Shown here piece by piece: positions 25,406-30,498 of a stretch of 30,498 nucleotides of DNA (positions are counted from its first letter, which is position 1; the number at the start of each line of letters is the position of its first letter). Position numbers and translations under genes: made by a program. Location of the stretch: IMG/VR virus record IMGVR_UViG_3300029318_000065, positions 1 through 30,498 of that record. One strand, written 5' to 3'. The stretch is from a virus. Taxonomy: Duplodnaviria > Caudoviricetes. Below the pieces are notes generated by a model. That model saw only the letters and a list, made by a program, of their open reading frames with translations. It made no database searches and was not told where the DNA came from.

Positions 25406-27589
25406 ATGATCAATCAGGAAGTTAAAGGCACTCTTGCCAAACTACTCGCAACCGAAAACCTTACGGTTGAGCATCGTCAAGTTACTACTGCATACTTCGA
25501 CGTAGAGAAGCGGATCCTTTGCCTGCCGATCTGGAAGACTGCTTCTAACACTGTGTATGACCTTCTAGTGGGTCATGAAGTGGGTCATGCTCTCTATACC
25601 CCTCAGAGTGGATGGGGCGATGCTCCTAAGGCATTTGTCAACGTCCTAGAGGATGCTCGTATCGAGAAGATGATGAAGCGTACCTATCCTGGTCTTCGTA
25701 AATCTTTCTTTGATGGATACAAGGAACTTTGGGATGCAGATTTCTTCGGAGTGAAGCATGATGATATGACTAAACTTTCCCTGATTGATCGTATCAATCT
25801 CTATTACAAAGGTAATGTCAATATTCCCTTCAATGAAGGTGAAGAAGTATGGGTAGATCGTGCAGGTAAGACTGAAACATTTGAAGAAGTAAGAACCCTT
25901 GCAGAAGAACTATACAAGTGGGCACAGGATCAGCAAGAAGAAAATGATCAAGAGTCTGATCTTGATGTTCCTTCTCCTAAGGTAGAACAAGGTGGAGAAT
26001 CTAATGCAGATAAAGAAGTTGAGGTTACTACATCTGATAAAGAAGGTGATGATGAACAGAGTGGTGACGGATCTGACCAACGTGAGAAAGAAGTCACCCC
26101 TGCAAATGACGATGCTCAACTAGATGTCCCTAGTTTTGGTGGTCAAGGTCTTGATGAATGGGAGGAAGATGATTCTCCTGTAGATGAAACTGAAAGTGTC
26201 ACTGACAGCGCATTGCGTGAGGCACTGGAAGATATGGTAGATGACAATGCTAAAGAGTGGGTGTACATCAATCTTCCTAAGATCAAAATTGAAGAATTGA
26301 TGATTCCTTACACTGAAGTTCAAAACGATCTTCAAGAATTCTTCGATACAGAAGAAGAGGATGTTGATAGGGAAAAATACAAGAGAGATAATATTGATTA
26401 CTGTGATCGTCATTACGAATCTTTCAAGAAAGATGCACAGAAGTCTGTCAACTATCTTGTCAAGCAGTTTGAAATGAAGAAATCTGCAGACGAATATCGT
26501 CGTGCAGCAGTATCTAAGACTGGTGTGATCAACACTAATCAACTTTTCAAATACAAACTAACTGACGATATCTTCAAAAAAGTTACAACTGTTCCTGAAG
26601 GTAAGAACCATGGATTGATCATGCACCTTGACTGGTCTGGATCTATGCAGCATCAGTTGCTTGATACTCTTAAGCAAACTATGAATCTTGTTTGGTTCTG
26701 CCGTAAAGCAGGTATTCCATTCCGTGTGTATGCATTCCAGAGTGCATTCAATTATCAATATGATGACAATGGTAACAAGATGCGTAATCCAGGCATTGAA
26801 CCTACCATGAATGATGTTGGTATCTGCAATGATTTCAAACTAATCGAATTGTTTTCTTCTAAGCAGAATGCCAAATCACTTGAGAAGTCATTCAAACTTG
26901 TCTATCGTCAAGTGTTTGCTATGGGCGGATATCGGATGTATGCTCTTACTAAGTATACTCTTGGCGGAACTCCTCTTGCTGAAGCAGTCATGTGTACACG
27001 TCAATTGGTGAAGTCTCTTAAGAGAACTGAGAACGTTACCAAGGTCAATGTTATTTGTTTGACTGATGGTGAATCTAATCCTATGAGTCACTGGACTGAA
27101 GCAAGGTATGAGTATTGTGAAGATGAACTTCGTCTTGCTATGATCTGCCACAATCGTAATAAGGTGTACATTCTTCGCGATCCTGAAACAGGTTATCAGC
27201 GTAAAATTAGCAGCAGTCCATATGAAACCACCACCGAGATTGTAAGTTTTCATAGAGAAATTACTGACTACAATTGGATTGGTGTTCGTATCTGTAGCAA
27301 GGGTGAATTGACTCGTCTGGTTCGTATGATGTGTAGTGATGCAGATCTTGTTGCAGTAGACAAACAGTGGAAGAAAGAAAGATTTGCTTCTATCAAAAAC
27401 AGTGTTGGATTTTCTGAGTCTTTCTATATGCCAGATAAAGGTATTGGTCAATCTACTCAAGATCTTGAAGTCAAGCAAAAAGGTCAAGTTGCTACCAGAG
27501 CAGAACTACAACGTGCATTCAAAAAGCACATGGGTTCTAAGACTACAAACAAAACTCTCCTCAATGCATTCATTGAGCAAATCGCATGA
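25406..27589 (+). CDS. HEXXH metallopeptidase-like / vWA (MIDAS) domain protein, CobT-like partner
   Basis: N-terminal GHEVGH..YT and NVLEDARIE; acidic linker; vWA MIDAS LDWSGSM, GGTPL, LTDGES. Confidence 0.85.
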   Translation: MINQEVKGTLAKLLATENLTVEHRQVTTAYFDVEKRILCLPIWKTASNTVYDLLVGHEVGHALYTPQSGWGDAPKAFVNVLEDARIEKMMKRTYPGLRKSFFDGYKELWDADFFGVKHDDMTKLSLIDRINLYYKGNVNIPFNEGEEVWVDRAGKTETFEEVRTLAEELYKWAQDQQEENDQESDLDVPSPKVEQGGESNADKEVEVTTSDKEGDDEQSGDGSDQREKEVTPANDDAQLDVPSFGGQGLDEWEEDDSPVDETESVTDSALREALEDMVDDNAKEWVYINLPKIKIEELMIPYTEVQNDLQEFFDTEEEDVDREKYKRDNIDYCDRHYESFKKDAQKSVNYLVKQFEMKKSADEYRRAAVSKTGVINTNQLFKYKLTDDIFKKVTTVPEGKNHGLIMHLDWSGSMQHQLLDTLKQTMNLVWFCRKAGIPFRVYAFQSAFNYQYDDNGNKMRNPGIEPTMNDVGICNDFKLIELFSSKQNAKSLEKSFKLVYRQVFAMGGYRMYALTKYTLGGTPLAEAVMCTRQLVKSLKRTENVTKVNVICLTDGESNPMSHWTEARYEYCEDELRLAMICHNRNKVYILRDPETGYQRKISSSPYETTTEIVSFHREITDYNWIGVRICSKGELTRLVRMMCSDADLVAVDKQWKKERFASIKNSVGFSESFYMPDKGIGQSTQDLEVKQKGQVATRAELQRAFKKHMGSKTTNKTLLNAFIEQIA

Positions 27590-27729
27590 AGTGTAAAGTA
27601 ACTCTATTCATCGCTGGCACCGTTTTTGATGAGATCGTGGTCGCGAGAGACTATGAACATGCTAAGAAGATTGCGCTTGCCCGCAATCCCGAAGCAACAG
27701 TTATGGGTGTGACAGCAGTGTTCGGATAA
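27586..27729 (+). CDS. small hypothetical protein (47 aa, not in ORF track)
   Basis: MKCKVTLFIAGTVFDEIVVARDYEHAKKIALARNPEATVMGVTAVFG; ATGA overlap with the upstream gene. Confidence 0.75.
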   Translation: MKCKVTLFIAGTVFDEIVVARDYEHAKKIALARNPEATVMGVTAVFG

Positions 27730-27731
27730 AT

Positions 27732-27775
27732 AACTGTCCACTGTCTTGTCACACAGCAGATCCATCTGCTATAAT
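27732..27775 (+). promoter_or_regulatory. early-type promoter with upstream TGTCCAC box
   Basis: AACTGTCCAC-N4-TTGTCA-N18-TATAAT with an extended -10 (TGC). Confidence 0.72.
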
Positions 27776-27800
27776 ATCTGTATAGACAACAAAAAAACCA

Positions 27801-28874
27801 ATGCCTTTTGAACCCAATCCTGTGACAACCGAACAACTCGTTCAATACCTTAATGATAATGTAGGTTCTGAGGTTGGATGTAAGAACATCCGTGAAGCAG
27901 CAGATACTCTGAAAGTATCTTACGCTACTGCTTGCAAACGCCTGAAGTCTTATAAATCAGGTGTAGGAAAGTGGAATCTGAGTGTTCAAGAGATTGAACG
28001 TGCTTATGATGCACCTTCCTCAAAGAAAAAAACCAATTATGTTCCCGAAAAAGATGGTTCCTACGTCCCTTTTGGTAACTTCAGCAATGTTCGCAAAGTT
28101 ATCACGTCTCGTAAATTCTACCCTCTCTTCATTACAGGTCTTTCTGGAAACGGCAAGACTCTATCTGTTGAGCAAGCTTGTGCGGCGACTAATCGAGAAC
28201 TGATTCGTGTCAACATCACAATCGAAACTGACGAAGACGATCTTATTGGTGGGTTTCGTCTTGTTAATGGCGACACTGTTTGGCACAACGGACCTGTGGT
28301 TGAGGCTTTGGAAAGGGGAGCTGTACTTCTTCTAGATGAGATTGATCTCGCATCTAACAAGATCCTCTGCCTGCAATCTGTTCTTGAAGGGAAAGGTGTA
28401 TTCCTCAAGAAAATTGGTCGCTATGTAAAACCTGCTCTAGGGTTCACAGTGGTCGCTACCGCTAACACCAAAGGTAAGGGTTCTGACGATGGTCGTTTCG
28501 TTGGCACCAATATTCTCAATGAAGCATTCCTTGAGCGTTTCCCCATTACCTTTGAGCAAGAATATCCAACTGCTACTATCGAAACTAAGATCCTTCGCAA
28601 CGTTGGTTGTGATGAAGAGTTTGCAGATAACCTTGTCAAGTGGGCAGGTGTAATCCGTAAGACTTTCTTCGATGGTGGAGTTGATGAAGTTATTACTACT
28701 CGTCGTCTAGTTCATATCGTACATGCACATCAAATCTTTGGTGATCGCTTGCAGGCAATCACTAATTGTGTAGCACGTTTCGATGATGATACTAAGCAAT
28801 CTTTCCTCGACCTCTACACTAAGGTTGACGCAGGAGAAGATTCGGAGTATACTAATAACGACGAGACTCTCTAA
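27801..28874 (+). CDS. cobS: CobS-like MoxR-family AAA+ ATPase
   Basis: Walker A GLSGNGKT, DEDDLIGG, Walker B LLLDEID, ATANTKG, NEAFLERF, TRRL; HTH-like N-terminus. Confidence 0.9.
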   Translation: MPFEPNPVTTEQLVQYLNDNVGSEVGCKNIREAADTLKVSYATACKRLKSYKSGVGKWNLSVQEIERAYDAPSSKKKTNYVPEKDGSYVPFGNFSNVRKVITSRKFYPLFITGLSGNGKTLSVEQACAATNRELIRVNITIETDEDDLIGGFRLVNGDTVWHNGPVVEALERGAVLLLDEIDLASNKILCLQSVLEGKGVFLKKIGRYVKPALGFTVVATANTKGKGSDDGRFVGTNILNEAFLERFPITFEQEYPTATIETKILRNVGCDEEFADNLVKWAGVIRKTFFDGGVDEVITTRRLVHIVHAHQIFGDRLQAITNCVARFDDDTKQSFLDLYTKVDAGEDSEYTNNDETL

Positions 28875-28876
28875 TT

Positions 28877-29155
28877 ATGAAATACAATGAAGAGGAGCTC
28901 CTCTCGGAGCTCCGAGACTATATCATTGGCACATACAGTCAGCACTATGCGACTGATAAAATTCAGACGCTAGATCTGATTGATGCCTGTGGCGATGCTG
29001 AAGCATTCTGTCGGAGTAATATTCTGAAGTATGCATCTCGCTACGATAAGAAAGGCACTGCCCGTCGTGACATTATTAAGATCCTTCACTACGGTCTGCT
29101 TCTTCTTCACTTTTCTGACCAATCTACAAACCGTGAGGAGTATCCTAATCGATGA
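28877..29155 (+). CDS. DUF3310-like protein
   Basis: HY....IQTLDLI......FC..NILKY..RY.KK....D..K..HY pattern (DUF3310 / T7 gp1.7-like, recall). Confidence 0.7.
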   Translation: MKYNEEELLSELRDYIIGTYSQHYATDKIQTLDLIDACGDAEAFCRSNILKYASRYDKKGTARRDIIKILHYGLLLLHFSDQSTNREEYPNR

Positions 29156-29811
29156 CCGTTATTTCCCGTCCAACAATTGAAGTCCTTAAGAATTTCTGTT
29201 CTATTAACAAATCTATTGTCATCAAACCTGGCAATAAAATTTCAACTCTTAGTATTAACAAGAACATTCTTGCTATCGCTGAAGTCGAAGAACAGTTTGA
29301 TTCGCAGATTTCTATTTACGATCTGGGTGTATTCCTTGGCGGTCTGTCTCTCTTCGATTCGCCAAAGATCGATACTACCCAGTCCAATTACGTCACTGTA
29401 AGTGACCTAACTGGTAAGTCAAAGACTCGTTATTTTTACGCTGATCCCGATATCATTACTCAGGCACCTGAGCGTGAAATCAATCTGCCATCTGAAGATG
29501 TTCAGTTCAAACTTGAATCTAATATCTTGGTGCAGTTGCAACGTGCAGCACTTGTATATCAACTTCCAGATCTATGTTTGTATGGTGATGGTGAAACTAT
29601 GCAACTCTGTGTTACTGATAAAAAGAACGAAACGTCAAATAGTTATTCGGTAGAAGTTGGAACTACTACAGAGGAGTTCTGTTTCTGTTTCAAGGTTGAA
29701 AACCTTAAACTTCTTACTGGTGATTATGATGTTGTATTGAGCAAAACTAATGTTGCTCTATTCAAAGGTGATGGAATCAAATATTATATTGCTCTAGAAC
29801 CTAACACCTAA
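29152..29811 (+). CDS. g45: DNA polymerase sliding clamp (gp45)
   Basis: T...LKNF.SIN.SI, IYDL..FL, FKVENLKLL.GDY.V, YYIALE. Confidence 0.95.
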   Translation: MTVISRPTIEVLKNFCSINKSIVIKPGNKISTLSINKNILAIAEVEEQFDSQISIYDLGVFLGGLSLFDSPKIDTTQSNYVTVSDLTGKSKTRYFYADPDIITQAPEREINLPSEDVQFKLESNILVQLQRAALVYQLPDLCLYGDGETMQLCVTDKKNETSNSYSVEVGTTTEEFCFCFKVENLKLLTGDYDVVLSKTNVALFKGDGIKYYIALEPNT

Positions 29812-29812
29812 A

Positions 29813-30154
29813 ATGAAACACATCTTGTTTACACTGAAGGGATGTCCCTTCTCTTTGTGTGATGACGAGTCCCATATTCGCAACATGCTAGTCAATGCTG
29901 CTACAATGGGTAGGTGTACATTATTAGATGTGTCATCTCATAAGTTTGATCCTTATGGGGTAACTGCTATTGCACTTCTTGCCGAATCACACATTAGTAT
30001 TCATACTTGGCCAGAAAAGTGTATGGCAGTCTGTGATGTTTTCACATGTGGTGAAAACAATCTTCCTGATTCTGCAGCACACTACATGTTTGAACGCATG
30101 GAAGCAACAGATTGGGAAGGAACTGAAATTAGTAGGAAACTAGATGATGAATGA
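29813..30154 (+). CDS. speD: S-adenosylmethionine decarboxylase proenzyme (pyruvoyl-dependent)
   Basis: HKF.P.GVT...LLAESHISIHTWPE...DVFTCG; autocleavage E|SH site. Confidence 0.92.
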   Translation: MKHILFTLKGCPFSLCDDESHIRNMLVNAATMGRCTLLDVSSHKFDPYGVTAIALLAESHISIHTWPEKCMAVCDVFTCGENNLPDSAAHYMFERMEATDWEGTEISRKLDDE

Positions 30155-30498
30155 TTTTTTGTGGGTTGAAAAGTATCGTCCTCAAACTGTGGATGAATGC
30201 ATTCTACCCGAATCTGTGAAGACCACCTTTAAAAGTTTTATCGAACAGGGTGAGATTCCTAATCTTCTCCTGTCTGGAACTGCAGGTGTTGGTAAAACTA
30301 CCATTGCTAAAGCACTCTGTAATGAACTAGGAGCAGATTACTATGTTATCAATGGATCTGATGAAGGTCGATTCTTGGACACTGTACGCAATCAGGCAAA
30401 GAACTTTGCTGCTACTGTGTCTCTCACTGCTTCTGCTCGTCACAAAGTTCTTATCATTGATGAGGCAGACAACACAACACCAGATGTCCAACTACTCC
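30147..30498 (+). CDS. g44: clamp loader large subunit (gp44), 3'-truncated by the window end
   Basis: Translates to MNDFLWVEKYRPQTVDECILP...LLLSGTAGVGKTT...INGSDEG...IIDEADN (RFC-like); open to the end of the window; not in ORF track. Confidence 0.95.
   Translation, partial: MNDFLWVEKYRPQTVDECILPESVKTTFKSFIEQGEIPNLLLSGTAGVGKTTIAKALCNELGADYYVINGSDEGRFLDTVRNQAKNFAATVSLTASARHKVLIIDEADNTTPDVQLL

Noticed and set aside
26888-27487. 199-aa antisense ORF within the peptidase/vWA gene, and the other short nested ORFs in the track
   Set aside because: Fully nested in well-supported plus-strand genes, with no independent signals.
1-30498. CRISPR arrays, integrases, transposases, homing endonucleases, introns or inteins
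   Set aside because: No repeat-spacer array or such motifs were seen by eye; the core genes are uninterrupted and of ordinary length.

Overview
The window is a gene-dense, all plus-strand segment of a T4-like cyanomyophage; a marine Synechococcus/Prochlorococcus host is inferred from the photosynthesis and pentose-phosphate auxiliary genes. In order it holds: the 3' part of a basic modular (probably virion-internal) protein; an accessory island upstream of the terminase (2OG-Fe(II) oxygenase, petE, PTOX, gnd, an unlisted ndhP-like microgene, zwf, small membrane proteins, SNase-like nuclease); the core morphogenesis block g17-g18-g19-g20-(core)-g21-g22-g23; and a roughly 750-bp non-coding-rich interval after g23. 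That interval contains a promoter-driven, multi-stem structured RNA (manA-like), two minimal late-promoter/hairpin units and a CxxxC microprotein. After it come g3, uvsY, a second 2OG oxygenase, uvsW, g55, g47, g46, a HEXXH-peptidase/vWA gene plus a CobS/MoxR AAA+ ATPase under matching early-type promoters, g45, speD and a truncated g44. The most interesting parts are the RNA cluster after g23 (including a possible antisense/sponge RNA for the host Yfr1 motif), the ndhP-like microgene and the protease-cleavable polyprotein. All family assignments come from motif recognition by eye; no searches were run.
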